From Podarcis vaucheri (Eukaryota): a DNA stretch of 64,000 nucleotides. Positions 23,936-36,911 of the stretch are shown here, piece by piece. The stretch lies in the NCBI GenBank assembly GCA_965113315.1, contig OZ220366.1; one strand, given 5' to 3'. The notes under the pieces are model-generated. The model searched no databases. It saw only the letters and a list, made by a program, of their open reading frames with translations, and was not told the origin of the DNA. The number at the start of each line of letters is the position of its first letter. The stretch's first letter is position 1. A program made the position numbers and the translations under genes.

Positions 23936-26900
23936 CTCAGTGCCATATCGCAAACCCCCATTGAAAGTTTTATGTATTCCAGAAGCAGTTTGCTCTGCAA
24001 CTTGGGATGCGTGTTGTGTTGCTGTTTAAGAAACACAAGTGTGAAGTCCCCTTAGGCTCATAGTCTTTTTGATCATGGCCCATGTCTGAAGCATTTCAGG
24101 ACTAGTGTCATGTATGTGCCTTTAAACATCACCTAAGCTTGCGGAACCGTTCTACCTTTAAGATGACACTTCTGATTTTGCTATTGTATCCTGACTTTAG
24201 ATAGTTTGCTAGATTGCATGGACTTATTTGGAAGTATACCGTTTTTCCTTGATTGTCTGTAAAGGGTGCGGCTTATAAAGTCTTTAAAAGAAAGTAATCA
24301 CCCACGTTATGATGTTCCCCTTTGTAGAATGGGTTAGGTTTACAAAGATAAATAAAATATGAATAGCTCCCCTCACCTAAAACTCAGACCAGACTCTCAC
24401 TATTTATGCTTTGGGTATTATTAGTATTTTTAAAAATTATTTACATTTCTAAATGGCTATTTCGGAGACATTCCTAACTGAAATTAAGAGTATGTGAGCA
24501 TTTTACTAGGCTTTGAAATCCTGTCAGGTTTTTTTCCTCTTCAATTTTTTAGAATAGAATTTAGATACGCATAATTTCTTTGGATGGTGTTTTAGATTTT
24601 GTTTGTAGTATTTAACACCCAAGGACCTTTATGGATATTACTGTGGGTTGTTTTTCCAATCCCCTTGGCAGTATTATTTACAAGACACATAAGAATTTTG
24701 TACTGCTTTCAGGTGTATGACACACCATGGGAACTTAATATGGAGAAAAAATTCAATACACAAACCCTTTCACACTGTTAAAACCTGTATCAGAATCCCT
24801 AGATTTTTTTAAAAGGAATGCAAATGTTTTCTTAATAACATGACTTTAAAAAATGTAATTACGTCCATTTAAGAGAAAACCTGTCTTAAATTGTGGCATA
24901 TTTTTTCATTGGTCATCTCTATGAAGCAATTGTTGGTGTGTTATCGAAATGTCAGATATTGAACAAGGAAATATCCGCACACTTGTCACTGTTAAAATAT
25001 ATCATTTTGATTATTTTAAACATCCCCTTGTATGCAAATAAAGATTCAAGTGTCGAGGTGATTGAAATAATTGTTGGTACATTTTGAGTGAAATCTTCTT
25101 CTGTCCACACCCATAAGAATTCTGCAATTGATTTTCAAAAAAAAAAAGTGCAGTTGATCTATCATCCTTTTTGTAACATTCTAGAAACGCACATCAGTGT
25201 TTCTACAAAAAATAATAATGCTTTTCTTGAATTGTTGAACAGCAATAACCTACTCTCATAGAAGGAATCCATAGCTGTAAAGATTAGCTCACAGAGTGAA
25301 TACATCGGATACCAGAGCAAGTTACTTACACTTTGGTCCCATTGAAATCAACATGAAATTATAGTTATGACCAACTTTAGGTGTCATTGAAATCAATGGG
25401 ACTTGGGTGCCATTAACATGATGGTTATATGCCCATGGTGGTTTACATCTGAAGTGGCACAATAGTGCATCTAATTTTTCATTCTAATGTACTGTAAAAT
25501 GTTTTTAAATACTTGAGTTCTTGACGTTTAGTTTTTGGTGAATGTGTAATTAAAATACGTTTCGAACTAAGTATGTCTTATACAATAAATCTCTAGAACT
25601 GTATGAAAAAAGATTAGCCAAAAAACTACACAGTGTGATTTGCAGTATCCTTAAGGCTTCTCTGGAGAGGAGCCATTGTGGCATTTGCTGTTCTTTTAAT
25701 TGGTGAAACTGTGTGACACTCTTGTTAATATGCTGCTTTATTCCGATTATCAAATATCAAAGGAATAGGCTATGAACATTGTCCGTGGAAATGTTGAGCA
25801 GATATTTTACAGGCTGCAAGACAGATTGAGTGCATTTAAAGCTGAAGGTTTATAAATTATTGTAAATGACAGGGTTTATCTTGCAGGCATTAAATTAAAT
25901 CAAAAAGTGAGGATGGGGATAGGCGGATTTACTGAGATGGAATAAATGGGTAAAATGAATGCCATTTTATATCAGCAGAGAAGGAGGAAATGCACCCAGA
26001 TACATATTAACACAGACAAGATGTTTGTATTAATTTGGGGCGGGGATACTATCCCAATAAGTAAAGCACAGTAGAAACATGTCATACAAGATTTATTGCA
26101 GATGTCCAGAGCAAACTGGCTATAAGGTTATGGTAGATTTAAAAAGCAAATCCCAAAAGAATTGCTATATTTGAGTAATGTATGAAATGATGCTTGTTTT
26201 TTACAGCAAGCAAGAAAAAACTGAACACAAAAAATGCACTTTTAGGCTGCAGTGCCATAATAACTTCCTTGGGAGTACACACCATTGAACTCAGTGGTAC
26301 TTACTTCTGAGAAGACATGCATATTAGAAGGACTTCAACATTTGACTATTGACCTTCCTGTGAGAAATTGCTGAGATATTTCAAGTGGAAGGTGCATTGC
26401 CATTAAAAATACGGTAAATCTGAAATGGTGGTGAAAAAAAGAAATAAAATCAGAGTTTTCAGGAATCTAAATTGTAGGCTTACATAGTACAAGCACTTTT
26501 AAGTGTGTATATATTTGAGATCAGTTTCAATGTTGGAATTAACTCCAGCTACTTCTGCTCACCAGCAGTCACAGGTAGGATACTGTTCATGCCCAATCAT
26601 ACTGTTGGCTTCCTATGTGTTTTACATTTTACTGTAGGTCACTGGCACCATATAAAGTTACTTGTATTTTAAGGTTTATTAAGCTTTCAATACTTACTTA
26701 GGATTTGTGGCATATTGTGTGACAGCACGGAAGCCAGATATGTCAGAAACTATGGTTTAGATTGGGGATAGAAATTGCAAATTTACCTGATCCTTACAGT
26801 GTTTAATAAACTTGGTGAATGCTCATCTTTGGAGAATGGGATTAGTTACATAATTTGTACAAGTATGGCAAAATAAATAAATAAATCAAAACCAATTCTT

Positions 26901-27119
26901 CCAGGTTTAGCAATTATTCACAGGCATGTGAGCGTTGATGAACACAGCTCCCATGCCCTGCAAAGGCTATGCCACTTCATTTTAGTTTTATGGACAGCTC
27001 CGTGTGTGCAAATTGATGGATACCTGGATCTGCCCTCTCCAATGAAATGAACACCTCCCCAGTCATATTCAGGTTCACACAGAATTCTTGATTTGAGGGA
27101 TGCTATAACTTCAACTTAT

Positions 27120-27493
27120 GGTCAGGGGTCCCTTTAAGGGACGTGGGTGGCGCTGTGGGTTAAACCACAGAGCCTAGGACTTGCCGATCAGAAGGTCGGC
27201 GGCTCGAACCCCCACGAAGGGGTGAGCTTTTGTTGCTTGGTCCCTGCTCCTGCCAACCTAGCAGTTCAAAAGCACGTCAAAGTGCAAGTAGATAAATAGG
27301 TACCTCTCTGGCAGGAAGGTAAACGGTGTTTCCGTGTGCTGCTCTGGTTCACCAGAAGCAGCTTAGTCATGCTGGCCACATGACCCGGAAGCTGTACATC
27401 GGCTTCCTCGGCCAGTAAAGCAAGATGAGCGCTGCAACCCCAGAGTCGGTCACGACTGGACCTAATGGTCAGGAGTCCCTTTACCTTTACCTT
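27120..27493 (+). mobile_element. Sauria SINE (head at 27138) preceded by an extra 18-nt copy of its own 3' end
   Basis: Full SINE with ACCTTT tail. 16-bp TSD TATAACTTCAACTTAT at 27104-27119 and 27494-27509. Confidence 0.92.
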
Positions 27494-28742
27494 TATAACT
27501 TCAACTTATCATGTATTGTTTCTCTGCACCTGTCAGAGGGGCCTATGATTTATAGGTTGCACCTAGTTGCAATGATGTAGGTAGGCACAGAGCCATGGAA
27601 TGACAAAAATGGTGACAGTAAAAATGGCATCATCATGATCTAACAAGGGTGATAGGTAGAAATGGGTATTCATGCACAGATCACGCTTCTAGAGGTGACT
27701 GAAGAAAGACACGGGCCAAACGTTAGAGAGTGCAGTGGTGGTCTGCACATGCTTCTATGCTCGAAGGTCACTTCTGCCAAACAGATGGCTGGTGTTTGTC
27801 TGCTTTGACAGTACAAAGCACCTGTTTGGGAGGACAGGAGAAGGATTCAGACCCCTTCCATCACATGTGATTGGTGCTGTCAGCCATCTGTTCAGCCATG
27901 CTGGGGCATCACCTGGTGATAAGAGTTGAGCTTCCCCAAAGCATCGCTGCTTTTCTGCATGCATGGATTGTATCCGGAAAAGCAGTCATACAAGAGGAGA
28001 TTGCTTAGATCAGAGGGGTTCAAATAATTTGCAGAGGGAAATGTTAATGAAGTCAATACGCTTACATAATCTAAGTAATATTCTTATGGAAGGCTTTAGC
28101 TGTTGCAGCATAACCCTCTGCGGCATGCTGTTAAAACGTGACATTTATTTACTCTTTGTGTACAGAGAGAGAGAGGCCCTTGCAACAGGTCCCAAGAGGT
28201 GCAACTAGCAAGAGGCTAGGACTGTGGGGCACAGGTTTGTGTTAATGGCACCTTCATCTCTTCCTCTTCCATGACCCCTGTTCATGGACGTACCTAGTAT
28301 GATCTTCTTGCTCTGGTGCAGGAGTCTTTTCCCAGCAAGTGATGGAAGGGTGCAGGTGTAGCCTTGTGTTAGCACTGAGTCTGCCCATATGTCCTGCCAC
28401 AGGCCAAGAACATATTAAAAATCATTTGTTTAAAATAAAGCTGTACAAGGGTGGTTAAGTAATAGTACACCGTGTTTCCACTTTAGATTACCCCATCCCA
28501 TCTAGAGAAGAGTAATGCCTCTTAATTGTGCTGTACTGGTCACTAGTTTCCTCAAGGAAAAACTACAATTCTCCAGGCCATAAAAGTGTCTTTAAGAAAG
28601 GGAAGGAACTGCAGGTTGCTTCCATGGTTAGCCCTTTTTCTCTGGGATTATTATCTCCTGTTCACTCACGTTTGAACGTAATCTGGATGTTGTGTAAAAA
28701 AGAAAGAAAGAAAAGAAAGAGTGAACAAAGCTTGACCGTTCC

Positions 28743-28785
<43 letters not shown>

Positions 28786-28980
28786 CAGGTTGTTGTTAGA
28801 TCACTGCAGTGTTCTCCATGTTTTCCTCCTATGTCTCCTGCTCCACAATCTGATAAATTATGACTAATTTTCCTGCAATACAATGCAATGGCAGCTCCAG
28901 CCTATCAAGTGTGGATACACAAAGCATTATTAAGATTTTTCCAGGGCTTTTGCACCTTTAAATTAAACACTTCCTTTTTT

Positions 28981-29268
28981 CAGGTTCTTCCTGTGTAATT
29001 GCTTCCTGTTGATCCCAGTCTGAAGGACTTAATGAGTAATTGCCCGTTGAATAGATGCTCTGAATGTTAGTTTCTGTTCACGTCGAGAAATGAATAAGTA
29101 CCATTTCACTATTAAAAATGAAAGGAGAAAGGAAATAAGTAATTAAAGTGTTCCCTTTGGTGGGAACATAAACTGACATCAGGGCAATTCAGAGAGGCTA
29201 TTCAAGGAGTAACTGCTCACTAACCCCCAGCTGGGATCAATAGGAAGCAATAACAGAGGCTGAACTTG
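28981..29268. repeat. About 285-bp imperfect inverted repeat, probably an old MITE
   Basis: 28999-29018 pairs with 29231-29250 over 20 bp with one G-T; further mirrored blocks lie inside. Confidence 0.75.
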
Positions 29269-30577
29269 TAAGCAATAAACTATATATAAAGCTGGCAGGG
29301 CTGAATGGAACTTACTTGTGAGCAGGCATGATAGAAATGCTAGTTAACATAGTGCTATGTTTTAATCCTGTGAGGAACCTCCATTTTGATTCTTCCTCCA
29401 GCAATTTGTGAAGAAGCAGTGCCCCAGTAATACTAAAGGACTCTAATGTGGAAGCAGTTTGAAGAAGCATACTTACAAAGCTCACACAGAGAGACAACTG
29501 CATAACCCATATATGCAAAAAAAAAAAAAAATTAAAAAAAAATGCTGCGAATGATCAGCCATTTTCTTCTTTGAGATCATGGTCAGCTGCTGTGGCGTCC
29601 ATTGTGGGCCTAAAGACAGAAGACTGATTGTGCATTAAGCAGAAACAGCTACAGCTGAATAACATAGACATATGCTCAAGGAAATGTTGATAATTAGCTA
29701 TCTAAGAGAGGATCTTTTTCTTAGACAGATATAAAAAGTGTATGGATCAAAAATAACTTAGTCCATGGTGGTTAAACTCCTTAGATTTTTGCTGCAAGGA
29801 CTCAGGTTATTTATAGAATCAGCATTGGCTTTATGATGAGATGGGTGCAGATGCAAAAGAATTCACTTCCACTTGAAACCCACAAACATTTCTTTTAATT
29901 TTGTGGTTATATAGCTGCAACCGGGTTGATTTGCTTTTTATTCTCCAGGGAAATCTGAAGCAGTTTAGTTGCCTCAAAACCAAACTGAACTCAAGATTGA
30001 TTTGCAAGAAGACTTGGAAAAGCCTGAATAGAATATTTAAAGCATACTCCATAAACACTGCACTGGTGATTTCACAACTTTTTTCATTTGAGTGGGATTT
30101 CCACTTAAACCCCATAGTAATGAACAGACATTGTGCAGAAGTAATACCATTTGGAGAGTTTGGGTCCCATTTCTCCATAAAACCTGTTGCATGCTCCTTA
30201 ATAAAATTTTAATGTCTTAAGAATATGGAACCAAATACTAAAGAACAACAGTGGATTTGAGGAAAGGATCCGTCTTGTGTTGTTCTCTTCACAATTAAAA
30301 ACACCTGATAATGAAATGCCTTGGTGGTGTTTATCAAAAGCATCTTCCCAACGTTCTGGGCACTTAGATGTTGCTTCCTAGTAGAATATAAAGTACTGCA
30401 TGTTATTAGTTACTGTTTGACAACTCCAAGGAGTATGAAGAGGGGGACTTGCTGAAGATAATGCATAAAACTTTGGCTTAATTTGTAAATCATAAATTAT
30501 TTTTTAACTTCTAAATCAGCATTTAGATTTTTTGTAATATTTATATTTCATGTTTTTTTCGTTGATTTCATTGCTAT

Positions 30578-30931
30578 TAGGGAAAGAGAAGAAATTTGAT
30601 TTCGTTAGCATTAAATGGGAAACTACCTAATTCATGCTCTCAAACATAACTGAAACATAACTTTTCTGAATTTTGCAATGTGTACAAAAATGCATGTTAG
30701 GGAAAGCGTACATAAAAATGCATATATTTCTGCAAATAACGTAGCATACAAATATGCATTATATATGGGGAAAATTGTTAGCATAAATGTGCATATTAAA
30801 ACTGCATACAAAAACGTGTTTAATAGGAGAAATTTGCACTAAAGTGCTGGTGAATTTCTATACTGATTCAGAAAGGTAAAGAACTGCATTTAAGACAGGA
30901 AGAATGAAAAAGAGAGATTTCTTCATCCCTA
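30578..30931. mobile_element. Old hAT-type non-autonomous element
   Basis: TAGGGA..GAAGAAAT and ATTTCTTCATCCCTA ends. Flanks ATTGCTAT/ACTTCTAT match at 6 of 8. Internal AT-rich TGCATA repeats. Confidence 0.55.
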
Positions 30932-31712
30932 ACTTCTATTACTCTAATAAATAGCATGCTATCAAATTATCAAAGGAACTTGCCAGTGTAACCTCGAACA
31001 ATTTTGCACAATATGCTACAGCTTTGCCTTATCTACTTGTTTTCTCAAGATGCTAACTGTGTAATACTGCAACAGTTGAAATTGTGCTTTGATATTTTTT
31101 TCCCCTCACTCCATCTGGGAATGATAATCTTGCTCTGCTGGGTTTAGTGAAAAGTTAAAAATAGTAAATGTGGTTTCCCACAATTAGGATAGAAAAGTTT
31201 GCTGTAATCTATCAGCTATAGAATGGCTCGCTGCCAGTAAAGAAGGGAACAGAGGAATGCATGTGATAAAGGGTGGAAATGCCATAAAAATGACTTGAGA
31301 ACAGCTTTCCCCAACCTTTTGCCCTCCAACTCCTATCAGCCCCAACCAGCCAGCAGATGGGAGATGTTATCCAAAAAGTGTGGAGTGAACCAGGTTGGGG
31401 GAGGCTGCTCTAGAGTACTGGATGCTACTGATATGTCAACATGCGGATTTATATGTTATCTGAGGAATCTAGCAGGCTTCCTAAATTCTACTAATAATTG
31501 CAGCCCCTAGAATCTAATGCTAGTTATTTCTCCCCCTTCTTCTGATTGGTGTGTGGGTGTGGCTGGCTTCTGTTACGAAATCTCAGCATAAATTTCTGCA
31601 TTCTTGCTCCCTTTCCTGCTTTCTTTATAGTAAATCTGAATTGAATAAAAGTACTTAAAGTAAAACTGAACTTTGCTGGAGACACTGACTTTTTACCACC
31701 TAAAATTGGCAG

Positions 31713-31832
31713 TGATCACCAGACCAGAAATGGAAATTGGCAGGTACCAATGGATGTACAGGAATTCAAGGCTACACCAGTACCATCATGTGCCAGCATT
31801 GAGAGGCAATGTTAGTCCTTTGGGGATTCAAG
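31713..31832 (+). CDS. GPM6B: GPM6B alternative cassette exon, 40 aa (VITRPEMEIGRYQWMYRNSRLHQYHHVPALRGNVSPLGIQ)
   Basis: AG at 31711-31712, GT at 31833-31834, 120 nt, phase 1-1. Aligns with the recalled human insert VNSRAEMEIGRYHWMYPGSKNHQYHPVPTLGDRASPLSSP. Confidence 0.92.
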
Positions 31833-33924
31833 GTAAATAAAAGCCTGGGGGGTCTAATATCTTAACTGGAGAATTTAAATATGATAGCACCATAATAGTC
31901 ATTTTCCTAGCTGTAGCAAAAATGTTCCTAAATATATATGCTGATGTTTTCTGATTCTCACTTGACAGGTTTTTTTGTTGTCTGTTTCAAAGCATTTGTT
32001 CAGAACTGTTTTTCAGAGTAAGACATCTTTTGCATCACTTACCTGGCTGCTCAGAATAATCTTTAAAACTGCCCATATACAAGAAGTCAAATGGTCTTCC
32101 ACATATCCTTTGCAGTCCAGACATTTGACTTCTGTGGTTCTCAAGAGAGTAATATATCCTACTTTAGACTTTATTTATTTACACCTTAGACTTAATTTGC
32201 ACTCATACTTGTTTCTTTGGGCTGTTTCATCATTGGTTCAGTGACTGGTAGTTTCTGTGGAGAGGTTGTGAGTTAGGTATCCTTCATAGCAGCCAGTGCT
32301 AACTCTGCTCCCTATTGTCATTGTTGGGCTCAAATGCCCATAAGTCCCAGTCAGCATAGCCAACAATTATAGGCGATAGGAGCCATATTTCAACAACAGC
32401 TGCAGGTCACCAGGTTGGGAAAGGTTCCATATTTAAAATATATAGTGGTTTTGAATGTCTCATCTGAAGGCATTTTTGACCATGGCCTTCCTCCTTGCTA
32501 AAAGCAAACTTTCATATTTAATTTGCACCATATGCTCTTTCATAATTTCCCCCCTTCCAGATTCTTTTATCATCCTTAGTGAACAAGCAGGCCTGAAGAT
32601 CAGAATATAAGCTTTCTAGCAGTAATGCATAAAGTTCTCTGCCTGCTGATTTGCTATGGCACTCATATTTTACAAGCATTTTTTTTACAGCTGGCATGAA
32701 ACATGTTATTTATTTCATTTTATTTAAGGCATTTCTATTTCACTCACTTATTAGCATTTCTAAGCAGTGCTTGGAGGGTGAAAATGTCTTAGTTTAAGCA
32801 ACCAGTAAGAATGTATAGTAAGATAGCAAGGATAAATTTTAAACTGGATCTGAGAAAGCAAAACGAGAAGACAAATAATATCAGTGTGTCACTGACCGTC
32901 TAATGAAGTTTTGTTGTGCTTAGTCTTGTTTTCTGGGCAGCTTAAAAGCTACAGTAGGCTATTGGTCAACTGGATGTACAGTTCAGTAGATATTTTGTAC
33001 TGAGATGTCAGTAATCAGATGCAGATAAATAACACGGATCTGCGAACTGTCTCTTCCATCAGTAATAAAAAGCAGATGGTCTAGATTTTTTAAGCCTAGA
33101 AAAATAGCTCCATCACAGTCAATGCTTGCTTTATTATTGATTGTGGCTTTGGGGTACATTTTGAGATATGTGAGATCACTGCCTCAGCTGAAAAGATATA
33201 AGAAAGAAATCCTAGATTGTGGAGGACAGACTTCAGTTTTGTGAGATATACTTGTTTTTCTTTTCATCTACCAACAGCAGCCAAGTGTTTACATAGTCAA
33301 AGGGAGCAGCATAACCTAGAACGGGGCTCTCATTCTCAGCCTTTTCACACAAAAAGCACACCTGGTTTTCCACTAAGCTTTTTTTTGTTTCAGCAGCCCA
33401 ATTAAAACAACAAGCCTTTCCATTGTTACAATTGTTAAAACAATTGGAGGTAAGAAACCCTTGACAGTAAGTAGGGTCCCAGCCTGTCTTCTGCATTCTC
33501 CCAACCTAGGTACTCATCTCCTATGCAAGAAGATTTTGTCAATTGGCAAAAAATCTCTTCAGGAAGGAACCAGAGAGGAACAGCTGGTAAAAATCACTGT
33601 TCTTACCCTGGGTAGGTGTTATACTCTGGAGCAGGGTTGCACCTTATAAAGCCACTGCAGGAGGGATAGATGGTAACTAATGCTGGAATTTGGCTCCCCT
33701 TTGCTTTCCTTATAACAAAGAATCAGTGGTGGACCATGGTGTCTCAAATTTCAGTGGTGCCTGCCCAGCGCCAAAATCTGCCCCCACCCACCAGCCGCTT
33801 GCCTTCCATTGGATTTCATGGTTGGGGTTCCTGCTGCAGCATTCTAGAGGCTCCACGCCCAGTGCAACTGAACCAGTGGCGATTCCTTAGATCTGCCTTT
33901 GAAATCGTGTTGAGGCCCATTAGT

Positions 33925-34159
33925 TAGGGCTGCCATACATCTGGAATTTCCCTGACATAGCTGGAATATGGCAGTCAGAAACAGTGTCTGGGCGGGAATT
34001 GCTTAAATGTCCTGGAAAATCTGGACGTATGGAAACCCATGTTGGAAACCTAGATTTCTGGCAAATTCCCTTAAAATTAGCTCAACAACGTCTCTCTCTC
34101 TTTTTTAGATGTTGCAATAAAAATTCAACAACTTTGGCCCAAAAAATATGACAACCCTA
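33925..34159. mobile_element. hAT (Blackjack-like) MITE remnant
   Basis: Ends TAGGGCTGCCATA and TATGACAACCCTA. No clear TSD. Confidence 0.55.
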
Positions 34160-34756
34160 CTGTTAAGTTGTGGGTGAACATATTAGATGACACAGCGATT
34201 CTTCAAACAGCTCTTGTTCATTCCCAGGCCAGGACAGAACTGAGCTGAAGGGTTCAGTCAGCCTGCTTATATAGAACTCCAGTACCATGTAACTGTAACA
34301 ATTTTCTAAAACTATCCAATCACTGAACTTCACTTTCGATCCCTTATTTGCATAACTATCTACAGTATCCCCCTGCTTGCCCAGGGTGAGAACTTCAGTA
34401 CATAACACCTACCATTAGTAAGGTTGGGTAGTTGCACAAATTTCCTATTTGCCCTCCCTCTTTTCATACCTGGAGCAATGCATGCTCCAGGTGGGAGAAA
34501 CTGTAGGCAGATCTTTGCAGGGCATCTGGGGGCTCCTTACTAGTAGCTCCTTTCTCTTCCCCCATTGGCTAGGGCTCCCACTCTATCTAGCACTCTCTAC
34601 CTCTACTTATACCAGGCTGGGCAAACAGGGTAGACATTTTACTCATAGATTGTATAGAATCTGCCCTTCATGAATTATCCCCTCATACAGGCCAAGTCTT
34701 TCACTGTTAACCGGTTTATTTCATTGATGCCTATTGTCCATGGACTTCCAAGGAGC

Positions 34757-34847
34757 CATAGCTGTCAACTTTTCCCTTTTCTTGCAAGGAATCCTATTCA
34801 GAATAAGGGAATTTCCCTTTTTAAAAAGGGAAACATTGACAGCTATG
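34757..34847. mobile_element. Second copy of the 90-bp hAT MITE, opposite orientation to 12246-12335
   Basis: Same TIRs and interior as reverse complement. Flanks CAAGGAGC / CAAAGGAGC. Confidence 0.88.
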
Positions 34848-36749
34848 CAAAGGAGCTGCTTTATGTTATGTTATAGTAGCCAAAGGCAGTGAACAAGCTC
34901 TGTCCAATTCCAGATGCAGAGAGCTCCGAAGTGGTTTTAGATGTATGCTCTTGACTGCAAAATGTTTGACACAGTTGTTGATTCAGGGTCTCTTAAATTC
35001 TTCAGCTTGTAAAGATTTCCTTCCTTTTTTCTTTCAGACTCAACATTCAGTTGCAAATGTGAGCAATCTCTTTTATGTGATGGGTTTCTTGCTAGGCTTA
35101 AATAAATTGTCTCCATCACAGAGTCATCTTCTCCTTGATCTTCTTTCAAAAACAAACTTTTGAATGGATTAGAAACAGAGCGCAGGGCTCGCATGTCAAT
35201 GTATTTTTCATTTTTTTCCACACTGACATAATAGTCAGCTATCCTTACAAAGTAAGGAAAGTTGGCAAAATACCCCTCAGTTTTAAATACAGATTTATTT
35301 TGAAGGTAATTTAAAACGCATCTGTGCCTTAATGAGTTTGAAGGTGTAGCTTGTGAAAGGGAATACACACACATTTATCTGCGTTGACCTCTGGATAATC
35401 TTCTACCTTATTGCTCTGTTTTTGCTTACTGACAGAGATTGGTGTATTTCTTCCCATGTTACAGTCTGACTTTCCTAAAAGACCCAATGCGCTCACATGT
35501 TCTAAAAGTAATGTAGTGAAGTGTCCCTGAGTGAATTCTCCTGTTCAAATATATTGGAAATCCTTTAAAAAGAAAAGAAAGTGGGGGGGGGGGGAGTCTT
35601 TGCAGATTTTTATATTATGGATATATGTTTTGTATTATTTTAGTAATGCTATTGCTTAATACAGGTTTGGCATGGCGTGTATTGTGAACTGAGCTGATAG
35701 GCTTTTTAAAATAAAAACAAATATGGAAGCACTTGAAATCTGTTGGGCATCCCAGACAGAAAAGTGGTTGCTTACATATATTAGTAATTTCTGTAATGAA
35801 TATAATTGGAAGCTAGTTGTGGGAGAGGCTTCTGTGATAATGTGTTGATGTTTTGTTATGAAATGCACACTGTTGTGATCTTAGAATGGTCTCTGTGTCC
35901 TTTGCTAGGAAGGCTGGAGTTGGGTAGGACAGACTTATCCATCAAACACAACCAACAGCAAATAATGATAAAATACAATGCCTAAGCATGTGTGAGAGAA
36001 GGAATCCCACAATCCTTTTGCTTCCCTTTTCTAGTGATATACTTTAAAACAGGATTCTCTATCTGGCCTGAGACTTTCCCCAAGCCACACCCACTGCCCC
36101 TCTCTAATCCCTAACCCTCATTTGCTCCTCATTTCCCTCTACAACTGCCTTCTTGACCACTGGAATTACTATTGGTCTCGTCCTCTCAATCCACCCTAAC
36201 TTGTCTTTGCATGCAGGGGATGTCTCTAACTCACTGAGGGTTTGAGACCTATCGGCTACACTCACCTGGTTTAGCCGTCCAGTTGAAGCCATTCTCAGGG
36301 TGTGGCTGCTGTCACATGCTGACAACTTCAATAGATGACTGGGAGAAAAACAGAGGACAGGGCAACACTGGGAAACCAAGACTGAGAGGTGCTAATGATG
36401 GACTGGATGTGGTTACTAGTGCCATGCAGTTTCTTAGTATGTGGTTCCTGGTTGTCTGAACCCTTCAAGTGTTGGTGCTATTTGAAGCAATATTGTTGTT
36501 GTTGTTTCATAACCCACAATTTCAAGCATTTCTCTTTGGTGGGAGCAGGTTCTGAGTATTAGGTGTTTTGAAGAAGTTGAGAGCTGTGGGTTGAAAGCCA
36601 GTTTGATGTTCTACTGTATTATCATTGTTTGGGGTTATGTGGCCTGATTAAACAAGGTTCCAGGCTGCCTGCTGTCACATCTTTTAAAGGGCTTCTTAAC
36701 CCATGTGCCTACCAGCACTCAGGCATGCAGAATTTACATGCCAGTGGAC

Positions 36750-36911
36750 TATAGGAAGAAGCTGCCTTAAACTGAGTCAGACTATGAGCTCATCTTGTCT
36801 ATACCCAGAGGCAGAAGCTCTCCAGGGTTGAAAACAGCAGTATTTCCCAGCCTTAGCCAGGGATTAAACCTGGGATGTTCTGCATGCATAGCAGTTGCTC
36901 AACCAGCTCCC
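36750..36911 (-). mobile_element. tRNA-headed CR1-tailed squamate SINE
   Basis: ATAGGAAG..GCTGCCTT..ACTGAGTCAGAC..CCAGGGATTAAACCTGGGA..TTCTGCATGCA is the reverse complement of the 12655 family. Confidence 0.65.

Noticed and set aside
35874-36679. Possible solo LTR (TGTGA..TCACA ends)
   Set aside because: No target-site duplication or other LTR hallmark could be identified.
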